Shown: in pieces, positions 1 to 9,665 of the stretch
Numbering within the stretch: position 1 is the stretch's first letter
Layout: each line of letters opens with the position of its first letter
Source: Roseibacillus sp.
GTDB lineage: Bacteria; Verrucomicrobiota; Verrucomicrobiia; Verrucomicrobiales; Akkermansiaceae
DNA: 64,000 nucleotides
Direction of reading: 5' to 3'
Assembly (NCBI GenBank): GCA_965242925.1
Contig: CBDEUM010000014.1
Location: forward strand, 160,001-224,000
Notes under the pieces: generated by a model
The model's database searches: none
Told to the model about the DNA's origin: nothing
Seen by the model: only the letters and a program-made list of their open reading frames with translations
Position numbers and translations under genes: made by a program

Positions 1-1
1 T

Positions 2-997
2 GAAGCGCTGGGTCGCTGGCCCGACGGCGCAGGGAGCGGCACCCTCGTCAGCATGACCGCCAACACCCTCGGATCCGCCAATGCCGCCGCCCAGATTGGC
101 CCGGTGGTCATTTCAGAAGTGATGTATCACCCAACTGCGACCCCGGAGAACAGCTACGAATACGTCGAAATCCGCAATTCCGGCTCCCTCCCCGAAAGTC
201 TCGTCAACTGGAGGCTGCGTGGTGGCGTTGATTTCGATTTCACCACTGCCCACTCACTCTCAGCAGGAGAAAGTCTCCTCGTGGTGGGCTTTGATCCGGT
301 AGCTGACCCGGTGAGCACAAGTAACTTCCGTTCCCACTACGGAATCGACGCCGGGGTCCTCCTCCTCGGCCCATGGACCGATGGCCCCCTGCGCAATGAC
401 CACGGCACCGTGCGCCTGCAGCGACCCGACACCCCTCTCCCGGCTGATCCGGCCTTCTACCCACAGGTCACCGAGGACGAAGTGCAGTATCTCGCCATCG
501 CTCCCTGGCCTACCAGCCCGGCCGGCGGGGGGCAGTCCCTGCAACGGCTCAATTCCTCCCTGTTCGGCAACTTTCCCTCCAGCTGGGTCGGGAAAGAGCC
601 CTCTCCCGGCACCGGCGCCCAGCAAATGTCGTATGCTGACTTCCGCGATCTCACCTTCGGCCCCGGCTCCCCTCCCGGGTCGGGCGAACTGGAGGACTTC
701 GACCTCGATGGATTCCTCAATATCGTGGAATATGCCCTCGGACTGAATCCTCTCCTCTCTGACGCCGCCCTCGCGCCCTCACCCGTGGTGGACGGTGGCG
801 AACTGACCCTGACTTTCCCGAAAAACACCCTCCTCAGCGACGTCCGCTGCGTGGTGGAGTTTTCCGCCGACCTCATCACCTGGACGCCCCTCGTCGATGT
901 CGCTGTGTCCTTCGACAACTTCATCGAAGTGCGCAAGGCCAGCATCACCATGGCTCCCTACCCCCGGCTTTTCCTGCGGATTGCCGTAACGCACTGA
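2..997 (+). CDS. 5'-truncated secreted lamin-tail-domain (LTD) protein with PVC-type C-terminal domain
   Basis: Frame is open from the window edge (EALGRWPDG...). LTD motifs VVISEVMYHP...YEYVEIRN and L.N.G.TVRL; DxDxDG motif; ends ...SADLITW...RLFLRIAVTH. Confidence 0.8.
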   Translation, partial: EALGRWPDGAGSGTLVSMTANTLGSANAAAQIGPVVISEVMYHPTATPENSYEYVEIRNSGSLPESLVNWRLRGGVDFDFTTAHSLSAGESLLVVGFDPVADPVSTSNFRSHYGIDAGVLLLGPWTDGPLRNDHGTVRLQRPDTPLPADPAFYPQVTEDEVQYLAIAPWPTSPAGGGQSLQRLNSSLFGNFPSSWVGKEPSPGTGAQQMSYADFRDLTFGPGSPPGSGELEDFDLDGFLNIVEYALGLNPLLSDAALAPSPVVDGGELTLTFPKNTLLSDVRCVVEFSADLITWTPLVDVAVSFDNFIEVRKASITMAPYPRLFLRIAVTH

Positions 998-1043
998 CGC
1001 CTCTGGGGAAGAGATCTTCGCTCGGGGTCTCCCCCCAAAGGCG
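998..1043 (+). terminator. GC-rich imperfect hairpin just after the stop codon (possible terminator or mRNA stabiliser)
   Basis: Arms cgcctctggggaagagatc and ggtctccccccaaaggcg pair imperfectly; no clear U-tract. Confidence 0.35.
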
Positions 1044-1253
1044 CGAAGCCACATTGGCTCCCGGGGCCTGGTCCAATCTTTTGGACCGCCAGATTCTCCG
1101 TATCTATAGATCTTATTCTCCCCCACTTCGCCTTGTCACGATTCTGGCCCCCTCTATGTTTGCATGAAATTCGCGACCTGAAGGGTCCACAACCAACGAC
1201 CCCGACATCAGTAGCTCAGCGCTCCAACAAACCTCATCAAACCCACGACCACC

Positions 1254-3869
1254 ATGAAACCCACTCGCCAAGTTCTCCTGACGATCGCGGCCGCCGCCAT
1301 CCCCCTCGTCTTTTTCCCGACCGGCGCAGGCGCCGCGAATATTGTCTGGATCACTGAGAACACCGACGCCGCTAATCCACCCTCTCCCGACGACGTCGGC
1401 TGGACCGACCTCTTGACCGCCAATGGCCACACTGTCGTTCGGCGGGATGTCAGGGACCTCGATGTCAACCCGGGCGCGGTGACGGATCTCAATGCCGCCG
1501 ACCTGGTCATCGTCAGCCGCGACACCAATAGTGGAAATTATAACAACGGCGGCGCAGGCGGCGTCGAAGCAACCGCCTGGAACAGCCTCACCTCGCCGCT
1601 CATCCAGATGAGCTCCTACCTCGTGCGCTCCAGCCATTGGAAGTGGTTCAACAATACAGGCAACCCCACCCACAGCGGGAACATGGATGTGCTCGACCCT
1701 AGGCATGCGATTTTCGCGGGCATCACCCTCGATGCCAACGACGAGTTTGCCGCCATTGAGTCCGGGAGTGTCAACCTGACCGGTTCCCCACTGGCTTCCG
1801 CCGGAAACGCCACCGTCCTGGCAACCGCGCCCAACGGCGGCAACATCTGGATTGCGCTTTTCGACGCCGGAGTCGAGTTTTACGCCGGATCCGGCCAGAC
1901 GCCTGCCGCGACACGAATGTGGTTCTCCGGGGGCATCACCAACAACAATCCCAAGGGTGCCGAAAACTTTAATGCCGACGGAGAAACCGCTTTCCTCAAT
2001 GCCGTGACATTCCTGACGGGACCTCCCATCGCCGACAACGACAGCGACGGCGACGGGATGGATGACCAATGGGAGATCAACAACTTCGGAGACCTCTCGC
2101 GCGACGGCCTCGGCGATGAAGACAACGACGCAGCCACCGACAGGCAGGAGCACGACGCCGACTCCAATCCGAACAATACCGATACCGATGGCGACACCCT
2201 CACCGACGGCGCCGAAATCAATACTCACGGCTCAGACCCCACCATGGCTGACACCGATGGCGATTCCCTCACCGACGACGCCGAGGTCAACACTCACGGC
2301 ACCGATCCGAGCCTCGCCGACACCGACGACGACGGCCTCAGCGACAGCGAGGAGATCGACGAAGATAACGGTTTTGTGACTGATCCCACCAATGCTGACA
2401 CCGACGGCGACGGCGTTGATGACGGAAACGAACTCGCCGGGGGGAGCAATCCCACCGATCCCAACGACGCCCCTGAGGTGGGCTTGACTATTCTGTTCCT
2501 TGGAAATGCAGCCGGTCCTACCGCGGGCGCGGACGGCGCCATCATGACTTTTCTACAGGACTCCTACGGCACCCAGAACGTCACCTACCTGCAGTCCAGT
2601 GTAGCCCAGCCCGGTGACGAGCTTGGCTTTGGGGCTCTCCTGCTCTCCTCCACTTTCGGCTCCGGCAGCGCACGGGGCAAGTTTCAGGACTCTCCCGTCC
2701 CGATCCTCAACTGGGAAGAGGCCCTGGCCCGAAATGCCGGGGGCGAATTCGCCGTCACTGACGGGCGCACCAAGGAAACCGCGTCCCATTCCATCACCAT
2801 CAATGTGGAGCATCCCATCACCGCGGGGTTCCAGGCCGGACAACGCGTCCAGATGACCACCGGCGCCGCCGAGTTCTGGTGGTCCACCGGCCTGCAGGCC
2901 CCCGGCGCCGTCTCCCTTGCCAGTGACGACACCAGCCCCACAAACGGCTTCCTCACCATCGTGGAAGCAGGGGATGAACTGCTCACCGGTCAACCGGCCC
3001 CCGGTCGCCGCATCATGCTCGGCATCACCGACAACACCTTCAACTTCTTTACCGACGACGCCAGGACCCTCTTCGCCCAGTCCATCGACTGGCTCCTGGG
3101 ACTCAGTGACGACGCCAACCGGTTCCAGCTCACCGAAGTCTCCCATGACCCGATCTCCAGCGTCCTGGCCATCAGCTGGGAGAGCAGGGCTGGAAAGCTC
3201 TACAATCTCCGCAGCATCCTTGACCCGGGCTCCGCGACTCCCCTGGAGTGGCCGGTCTTTGGCGGGAATATTGATCTCGTGGCTACTCCCCCGGAGAACA
3301 CCCTGACCATTCCCCTGCCCGATGAACAGTCCCGGTTCTTCGTAGTTGAAGAGTTCAATGCACCGCCCGTGATCCTCTTCGCGGACGACCTTGAGTCGGG
3401 AGCCGAGGGCTGGGCCACCGTCGTGAACGATGCAACCGGAAACACCCGGTGGGAACTCGGATCACCCTCCGGTTCCACCGGACCCCTCACCGGCGCCGGT
3501 GACTCCGCCACTGCGTGGTCCACCAATCTCGGCGACTACGGTCCGGACTCCGACATTTCCCTGCGTTCCCCCGCCTTCGACCTGAGCGGTGTGGCCAGCG
3601 CGGAATTAACCTTCAAGGCCTTCCGCGATGCCGACGGATTTGGCGACTCCGCGGCGGTGCGTTTCCTGCGTGCTGCCGACCTCCTGCAACTGGGCGCGGA
3701 AACGGTGATCGACATGACAGTCTTTGATCCCGACTACACGAGCCTCAGCATCCCGATCGTTCCGGAGGCCCTGGGCGAGAACGTGATCATCGAGTGGACT
3801 TTCGTGAGCGACGTCAGCGCGGATGCCTTCAGTGGACTGACCATTGACGACATCGAGGTGATCGAATAG
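1254..3869 (+). CDS. Secreted modular protein: two GATase-I/ThuA-like alpha/beta domains, thrombospondin type-3-like Ca-binding repeats, C-terminal MAM-like beta-sandwich
   Basis: Signal peptide MKPTRQVLL...AGA. Repeated D-T-D-G-D-x-L-x-D-x-x-E units. Two domains end in similar helices (ETAFLNAVTFL / RTLFAQSIDWL). C-terminal FADDLESG..GW...SLRSP...GL.ID module. Confidence 0.75.
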   Translation: MKPTRQVLLTIAAAAIPLVFFPTGAGAANIVWITENTDAANPPSPDDVGWTDLLTANGHTVVRRDVRDLDVNPGAVTDLNAADLVIVSRDTNSGNYNNGGAGGVEATAWNSLTSPLIQMSSYLVRSSHWKWFNNTGNPTHSGNMDVLDPRHAIFAGITLDANDEFAAIESGSVNLTGSPLASAGNATVLATAPNGGNIWIALFDAGVEFYAGSGQTPAATRMWFSGGITNNNPKGAENFNADGETAFLNAVTFLTGPPIADNDSDGDGMDDQWEINNFGDLSRDGLGDEDNDAATDRQEHDADSNPNNTDTDGDTLTDGAEINTHGSDPTMADTDGDSLTDDAEVNTHGTDPSLADTDDDGLSDSEEIDEDNGFVTDPTNADTDGDGVDDGNELAGGSNPTDPNDAPEVGLTILFLGNAAGPTAGADGAIMTFLQDSYGTQNVTYLQSSVAQPGDELGFGALLLSSTFGSGSARGKFQDSPVPILNWEEALARNAGGEFAVTDGRTKETASHSITINVEHPITAGFQAGQRVQMTTGAAEFWWSTGLQAPGAVSLASDDTSPTNGFLTIVEAGDELLTGQPAPGRRIMLGITDNTFNFFTDDARTLFAQSIDWLLGLSDDANRFQLTEVSHDPISSVLAISWESRAGKLYNLRSILDPGSATPLEWPVFGGNIDLVATPPENTLTIPLPDEQSRFFVVEEFNAPPVILFADDLESGAEGWATVVNDATGNTRWELGSPSGSTGPLTGAGDSATAWSTNLGDYGPDSDISLRSPAFDLSGVASAELTFKAFRDADGFGDSAAVRFLRAADLLQLGAETVIDMTVFDPDYTSLSIPIVPEALGENVIIEWTFVSDVSADAFSGLTIDDIEVIE
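2030..2470 (+). repeat. Intragenic TSP3-like (DxDGDGL) acidic repeats
   Basis: DSDGDGMDD, DTDGDTLTDGAEINTHGSDP, DTDGDSLTDDAEVNTHGTDP, DTDDDGLSD, DTDGDGVDD. Confidence 0.8.
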
Positions 3870-4093
3870 CCGCCGGCAGGGCTGGCTCCTGCGTAGAAGG
3901 AACACACTTCCTCCGCTCCATGGCACAGGCCACTCAGCCCCCGGGATGATCCGGGGGGGACCCCGTCTTGCGCCCCCTCCTTGCTGCCCTCCCGCTCCCT
4001 GTTTCCCAGATTCCAGATCGCATCGGGTGAGGAGGAACGCCAGCTCGGGATGCACCCTTGTAACGACCAGGAATCGATAGGATTCTTGCAGGC

Positions 4094-5092
4094 ATGAAGG
4101 CTCTCGTTCTGACCTCTACCGATGGCACCCTCGAATTCACCAGCATGGAAGAGCCGGGGGCCGGCCCCGGACTGGCGGTGATCCGTCTCCAGGCCGCCGC
4201 CCTCAACCGGCGCGACTTCTGGATCACACAGGGCGGTTATCCGAATATCCAGGCTCCCTGTATTCTGGGATCCGACGGAGCCGGGATCGTGGAAACCGTG
4301 GGCGAGGGCGTCGATCCTTGCTGGCTGGGAAAGCAGGTCGTGATTAATCCCAGCCTCAACTGGGGTGACTCACAGGAGGCCCAGGGTGAGAACTTCCGCA
4401 TCCTGGGAATGCCCGATCACGGTACGTTTGCTGAGAAAATCGCCGTTCCGGCGTGCCAACTGGTCGAGAAACCCGCCCACCTCACCGTGCATGAAGCAGC
4501 GGCCCTGCCCCTCGCCACTCTGACGGCCTACCGGGCCCTCTTCCCGCAGGGCCGGTTGCAGTCCGACGAATCCATTCTCATCACGGGAATTGGCGGAGGG
4601 GTTGCCACCGTGGCCCTCAAGATCGCCCATGCCATCGGTAGCCGGGTGCTGGTCAGCTCTTCCTCAGAGGACAAACTGGCCCGCGCGATCTCTCTCGGCG
4701 CATCCGCCGGAGTAAACTACACTGGAAAAAACTGGTCTGAGCGCTTTCTTGCCGCGAACGGATCCGTCGACCTCGTTCTCGATAGTGCAGCGGGCACTGG
4801 ATTTGGTGACCTGCTTCCACTGGTCCGCCCCGGGGGGCGGGTGGTCAGTTACGGAGGCACTGCTGGTCCGGCCGTCACCTTTCCCATCCGCTACCATTTC
4901 TGGAATCAACTCCAGCTCATCGGCTCTACCATGGGATCGCCCGCCGACTTCGCAGCCATGATCGCCTTTGCGGAGAAGCATGAACTGAGGCCCGAAATTG
5001 ACTCGATCACTCCCCTCGCGGAAGGCGCAGGTCTCATCCAATCGATGACCGGATCCCCCCAGTTCGGGAAACTTGTTCTGGAGATTGCCTGA
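4094..5092 (+). CDS. MDR-family NAD(P)H:quinone oxidoreductase-like (zinc-binding dehydrogenase family) protein
   Basis: AALNRRD, GSDGAG, EAAALPLATLTAYRAL, GIGGGVA nucleotide-binding loop, GSTMG, C-terminal GKLVL. Confidence 0.88.
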   Translation: MKALVLTSTDGTLEFTSMEEPGAGPGLAVIRLQAAALNRRDFWITQGGYPNIQAPCILGSDGAGIVETVGEGVDPCWLGKQVVINPSLNWGDSQEAQGENFRILGMPDHGTFAEKIAVPACQLVEKPAHLTVHEAAALPLATLTAYRALFPQGRLQSDESILITGIGGGVATVALKIAHAIGSRVLVSSSSEDKLARAISLGASAGVNYTGKNWSERFLAANGSVDLVLDSAAGTGFGDLLPLVRPGGRVVSYGGTAGPAVTFPIRYHFWNQLQLIGSTMGSPADFAAMIAFAEKHELRPEIDSITPLAEGAGLIQSMTGSPQFGKLVLEIA

Positions 5093-5142
5093 CCATCAAC
5101 CCGCGAAAACTGCTGCGGGCGATCTTCCGTCACCCCGGGAGA

Positions 5143-6591
5143 TCAAGTTGTGGCAGGCAGGCCCTCGTCACCGAGGAGCGCCAGCGTCTCAGGCGTGAGG
5201 TCCAGTCCGTGCCCAAAGGGCGCCTCTCCCGGCGAACTGGTCGAGACCTGACCCCCCTCAATGCGCAGGGAGGCGTAGCCTTCCGGCCTCATCTCATAAA
5301 GATCGGGGTGTCTCTCACACACCATCTTCTGCAACTCCTCAGGGAACATGCTCAACCCTGCAAAGTAGTGATGCCCGTTGCGCTCCACGTCTTCGATCCC
5401 GAAGACTGCCATTGCTGCGAGATCATTGAGCAGGGCCACGGGCCCGACATTGGCAAGGTCTTCACCGCTCATCAGCCAGGGACCCTCATCCGGACGATGA
5501 CGGCGGTGCCACTCAATCAGGCACCGGTTGGCCAGCCCCTTGATCACCCCCTTGCAATTCTTGTGACTGGTCCCCCGGTAGCCCAGCGCGAGGGCTTGCC
5601 TCATGCTGTCCAGCTCGCCGTCCGACTCGTCAATGATCATGGGCGGTGCTTCGGCCCAGGCCGCCAGTTCATCCCGGACCCTCTCCGCAAGAGCCACGTC
5701 CCGATGCAGGGGTTGTTCGACAAAAAGCAGTCTGTCGCCCTCGAACAGGACCGCCAGCCCCGGCTCCGCACGATAGGCCTCCCAGTGTTCACGGAAGGTG
5801 GCGATGTCCCGAAACTGCTCGTTGCCGTCCAGGGTGTAACGAAATTCCGGGGATGCTTCCGACAGCACCGCCGCCACATCCTTCAGGCGCGGGACATCGA
5901 CTTCCAGATCACCGCAGACCTTGATCTTGAAATGGGTCAACCCGTATTGACGAATTGCCTCAAGCAGGGCGTGGGGCAGGCCATCGTCAACGCGTTCATC
6001 CTCCGGAATATCCCCGGCCCGCAGGGGATCGCCGAGTCCCACCGTGTGGCGCACGATAATGGATTTCCCTGGTCGGGTCAGCCATTCGCCGGGTTCCGTG
6101 CCGGCCAGTTCGGGGTGGAGACCCCCGAGATCGATTCCGAAGGAGTTCGTGCCCACCGCCTCCGGAAAGCTCAGCCCCGCCCCCCGACAAAAGCCATCGA
6201 TGAGCATTCGCTCGGTGAAGGCTGTCCCCAGGTGCGCCAGAAGCGGCGGATATCCCTTTTCCCGTGCCCAGCGATCCTGTTCCTCATGAAGCGAGCGCCA
6301 GGCCGCAAAGACTGACTCATGGGTCGAGTTCACCGCAAGATCGGATGCATGCTGAAGACTCTCCACCATGGCGGGAAGATCCTCCTCGAAACATGTGTCC
6401 GGGTTCTTGGTGAACCACTTGGGGGGGAGTCCCTCCGAGGCCAGGCCACACCAGGGCGCACCTCCCAGGCTCCCTTCCGCCACTCCAAAGACATGCGGCA
6501 GCTCGGTCATGGCCGCGATCCCGTATCTGAACGGAAAGCGCGTCTGCATCCAGCGGGTGTGGAAGGAAATCGAGTCAACGGAGAACGACAT
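5143..6591 (-). CDS. Enolase-superfamily (mandelate racemase/MLE-like) enzyme, substrate unknown
   Basis: HFKIKV (KxK), LDGNEQ, FVEQP and IIDES metal ligands, SHKNCKG; N-terminal TRFPFRYG capping domain. Start placed at ATG 6591. Confidence 0.75.
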   Translation of the reverse strand: MSFSVDSISFHTRWMQTRFPFRYGIAAMTELPHVFGVAEGSLGGAPWCGLASEGLPPKWFTKNPDTCFEEDLPAMVESLQHASDLAVNSTHESVFAAWRSLHEEQDRWAREKGYPPLLAHLGTAFTERMLIDGFCRGAGLSFPEAVGTNSFGIDLGGLHPELAGTEPGEWLTRPGKSIIVRHTVGLGDPLRAGDIPEDERVDDGLPHALLEAIRQYGLTHFKIKVCGDLEVDVPRLKDVAAVLSEASPEFRYTLDGNEQFRDIATFREHWEAYRAEPGLAVLFEGDRLLFVEQPLHRDVALAERVRDELAAWAEAPPMIIDESDGELDSMRQALALGYRGTSHKNCKGVIKGLANRCLIEWHRRHRPDEGPWLMSGEDLANVGPVALLNDLAAMAVFGIEDVERNGHHYFAGLSMFPEELQKMVCERHPDLYEMRPEGYASLRIEGGQVSTSSPGEAPFGHGLDLTPETLALLGDEGLPATT

Positions 6592-6701
6592 CGCGGTGAC
6601 CACTGAACCGGAGAACTCGCAGCCGAACAAGCGCGTATCCAAAACCCGACGCTACATTTGCGGTCGACAGCCCCCACCTCTCTCCGCTGAGATAGCTGTC
6701 C

Positions 6702-6911
6702 GTGACCAAGGGCCACCTTCTCTCCGCCATCTTCCTTCTCGCGCTGGTTCTTGGCCCGGGCCCCGGGGCCACCCTGATCGACGGCACTCCGGAGGAGCCA
6801 AATATCTGGTTCGGCATTCCAGCGCTCTACCTGTGGGTTGTTTTTTGGTTTCTGGTCATGGCGGGCTGCATCATCACCGCAGCTCGGACGGTGTGGAAGG
6901 ATTCTGACTAG
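6702..6911 (+). CDS. Small two-TM membrane protein (DUF3311-like), partner of the SSS transporter
   Basis: 69 aa with two hydrophobic segments and FGIPALYLW..FW; ends 4 bp before the symporter start. Confidence 0.75.
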   Translation: MTKGHLLSAIFLLALVLGPGPGATLIDGTPEEPNIWFGIPALYLWVVFWFLVMAGCIITAARTVWKDSD

Positions 6912-6915
6912 GCCC

Positions 6916-8574
6916 ATGATCCCCTTATTCGCCCAAACCGAGGCGCCCTCCCTGGGCAACTGGCCTTATATTATTCTCGCCTGCTATCTCGTTGGCCTCC
7001 TCGCCCTCGGCATCATCAGCCTCCTCAAGAGCCGCCGGGCCGCGCACGCCGAAACCGATTACTATCTCGCGGGCCGCGGACAGGGCGTGCTCGTCACTTC
7101 CCTCACCATCATGGCGACCTACTTTTCGGGCTTCGCGATCCTCACCTTTCCCGGCTGGATGTACGAGGGTGGCATCGCGCCCATGCTCTATGCCCTGAAT
7201 CTTCCGGTGGCTGCGGGCGCGATCTATATCCTCGGCAATCGCATTCGCAGAATCGGACGCAAGCGCGGATACATCACCCCCGCCGACATGATCACCGACT
7301 ACTACGGCGACTCCCCATGGATCCGCATCCTGGTAGCACTCACCGGCGTGCTCTACGTCATCCCCTATGTCGTAATGCAGGTGAAAGCGGGCGGTCTGCT
7401 TGCCGATGGACTCTTCCGCGAAGTCGAACACATCACGATGTTCGGACTGCAGATAAGTATGGAGGACTTCGGAGTAGGTGCCCTCTCACTCGTCACAATG
7501 GTCTATGTCATTATTGGAGGGATGCGCTCGGTCGCCTGGACCGATGTCATGCAAGGACTCATCCTCCTCACCGCGATGTTGCTCTCCGGCATCGCCGTCA
7601 TCTATGCCCTCGAAGGACCTTCCGGTTATTTTTCGCGGGTTTCCTCGGAACTCGGTGGCGAACTGCTCACCGTTGCCGAGGCACCGGGAAAACACAACGC
7701 CTGGAAGCTCCTCACCTTCTGCGCCTTTGCCTCCCTTGCCAGCATCATTCAGCCAGCGCAGTGGATGCGCTTCTACGCCGCCCGCGATTCCGCCACCCTG
7801 CGCCGTTCTGCAATCGCGTTTTCCACCATCCTCCCCATCTGTTTCATCTTCGGAGTCTTCCTCGTTGGTCTTGGCGGGCGTGTTCTCTATGAACCGATCG
7901 AGGCAGCGAACGGCGCGCTTCGTCTTCCCAACGGAGACAAAACGGATCAAATCCTCATTCATGTGATTCAGGACTACTTCCCCGTCATGTTCGGGGGGAT
8001 CGGCGTGATACTCGTTTCCCTGATCCTGGTCGCGGTGATGGCGGCTTCCATGTCCACCGCCGATTCCAATCTGCACGCCCTCAGTGCGGTCGCCACCCGC
8101 GATGTCTATCATCCCCTCCGCCCAAAGTCCGGAGAGCAGGAGCGCACCTGGATTGGACGCATCGTCATCATCGTCGCAACCCTGGCCGCAGCCCGCATCG
8201 CCATCGTCGGTGGGAACTCCGAAATTCTGAATACCATCACCGCCTTCTTCGGCCTCGCGATGGCCTTTTCGGCCCAGATGCTCCCGATCACGGTCGATCT
8301 GCTCTTTTTCCGGCGGGGAAGCCGCGCGGGCGCCATCGCGGGATTGGCGGCCGGAATCCTCACCGTCTGCCTCTTTCCTCCCCTCGGCAGGATGATCCTC
8401 GGAGAAACCAGTTCGCTGCTCAAAGGCACCTCCAACCTGAAAGCACTCTTCGATGTCGGCATGTGCGGGATTATCGTCAACGCTCTCGTTTTTGCTTTGG
8501 TGAGCAGGTTCAGCCCATCCCCGGACAAGGCCCATCGCGAAGCCTTTGCCCGCGACCTCAAAGACGGATCATAA
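6916..8574 (+). CDS. Sodium:solute symporter (SSS; PutP/PanF family)
   Basis: DYYLAGR, ATYFSGF, GGMRSVAWTDVMQG, AASMSTADS; many TM helices. Confidence 0.92.
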   Translation: MIPLFAQTEAPSLGNWPYIILACYLVGLLALGIISLLKSRRAAHAETDYYLAGRGQGVLVTSLTIMATYFSGFAILTFPGWMYEGGIAPMLYALNLPVAAGAIYILGNRIRRIGRKRGYITPADMITDYYGDSPWIRILVALTGVLYVIPYVVMQVKAGGLLADGLFREVEHITMFGLQISMEDFGVGALSLVTMVYVIIGGMRSVAWTDVMQGLILLTAMLLSGIAVIYALEGPSGYFSRVSSELGGELLTVAEAPGKHNAWKLLTFCAFASLASIIQPAQWMRFYAARDSATLRRSAIAFSTILPICFIFGVFLVGLGGRVLYEPIEAANGALRLPNGDKTDQILIHVIQDYFPVMFGGIGVILVSLILVAVMAASMSTADSNLHALSAVATRDVYHPLRPKSGEQERTWIGRIVIIVATLAAARIAIVGGNSEILNTITAFFGLAMAFSAQMLPITVDLLFFRRGSRAGAIAGLAAGILTVCLFPPLGRMILGETSSLLKGTSNLKALFDVGMCGIIVNALVFALVSRFSPSPDKAHREAFARDLKDGS

Positions 8575-8634
8575 CTTGCAACTTCAGGTGCAGAACTTGA
8601 AACTCCGGCCGCAACGAATCATCTGCGGTCACGT

Positions 8635-9660
8635 ATGAACACGATCACTCCTCTTCCCGATGAGCCGGGCATCCTGACCACCACGGTCGGATCCTATCCC
8701 GTGCCCGACTGGCTGAACGCTCTCCCCTCCGAACAGGCCGTCACCGATGCCACCCGGGTCATCTTCGACACCCAGCGCCAGGCCGGGATCGACCTGCCAA
8801 CCGACGGGGAGCTCTACCGCTTCGACATCAACCACCCGGACACCAACGGGATGATCGAGTACTTCGTCTCTCCCATGGGTGGCTGCGATACCACCATCGG
8901 CCGGAGCGAAGCGGAAGCCTTTCACGCCAACCAGAACATGGGCTTCCGTGCCAAGCCCGCTGCCGTAGTGCGTGAAGCACTGCACGGCGGCGGACTCAAC
9001 CTGATCGACGACTGCCGCCGCGCGGCCAATCTCGCCGGGGGAGCCTTCAAGTTCACCGTTACCAGTCCCTACATGCTGGCCCGCACTCTCCTCGATCAGC
9101 ACTACCATGACTTCGCAGCCCTGACCCTCGCACTCGCAGACGTCCTTGCCGCCCAGGTCTCGGGTTGTCCGTGTTCCTGCCTGCAGGTCGATGAAGCCAA
9201 TATTCCAGGCAACCCGTCCGACGGCCCCCTTGCGGCCGAGGCCATCAACAAGGTCCTCGATGCCTTCGACGGTCCCACTGCGGTGCACTTCTGTTTCGGA
9301 AATTATGGAGGGCAGACCATCCAGGCCGGCAAGTGGAAGCCCCTCCTGGAATTCCTCGACTCCCTGCATGCCGACCACCTCGTCCTGGAACTCGCCCACC
9401 GTCCCAAGGACGACCTGGAGGCCATCAAGGATCTCGACGGGAAAACTGGAATCGGCCTCGGGGTGGTCGACATCAAGGTCAATGAGGTCGAAACCGCGGA
9501 AGACATCGCCAGATCCATCGAGGAGGCCGAGAAGGTGATCGGACCGGGACGTGTCAAGTATGTCCATCCCGACTGCGGGTTCTGGATGCTCAAGCGTTCG
9601 GTGGCAGACCGCAAGATTGCCGCCCTCGCGATAGGACGGGATCTCTTCCTCGGTAAGTAG
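8635..9660 (+). CDS. Single-domain cobalamin-independent methionine synthase II family (MetE C-terminal-like) Zn enzyme
   Basis: TTTVGSYP, GIDLPTDGE, QVDE, VHFCFGN (HxC), LVLE, HPDCG; 341 aa, so it lacks the N-terminal half of full-length MetE. Confidence 0.88.
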   Translation: MNTITPLPDEPGILTTTVGSYPVPDWLNALPSEQAVTDATRVIFDTQRQAGIDLPTDGELYRFDINHPDTNGMIEYFVSPMGGCDTTIGRSEAEAFHANQNMGFRAKPAAVVREALHGGGLNLIDDCRRAANLAGGAFKFTVTSPYMLARTLLDQHYHDFAALTLALADVLAAQVSGCPCSCLQVDEANIPGNPSDGPLAAEAINKVLDAFDGPTAVHFCFGNYGGQTIQAGKWKPLLEFLDSLHADHLVLELAHRPKDDLEAIKDLDGKTGIGLGVVDIKVNEVETAEDIARSIEEAEKVIGPGRVKYVHPDCGFWMLKRSVADRKIAALAIGRDLFLGK

Positions 9661-9665
9661 GCACC

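Noticed and set aside
998..4093. Flanking direct repeats around 1254..3869 like those around its partner 23093..25723
   Set aside because: Only short, weak matches were found by eye; not supportable.
8573..8608. Imperfect direct repeat (aacttgcaacttc / aacttgaaactcc) upstream of the MetE-like gene; possible operator or riboswitch
   Set aside because: Short and degenerate; the 60-bp gap is too small for a cobalamin or SAM-I riboswitch and I recognised no such motif.
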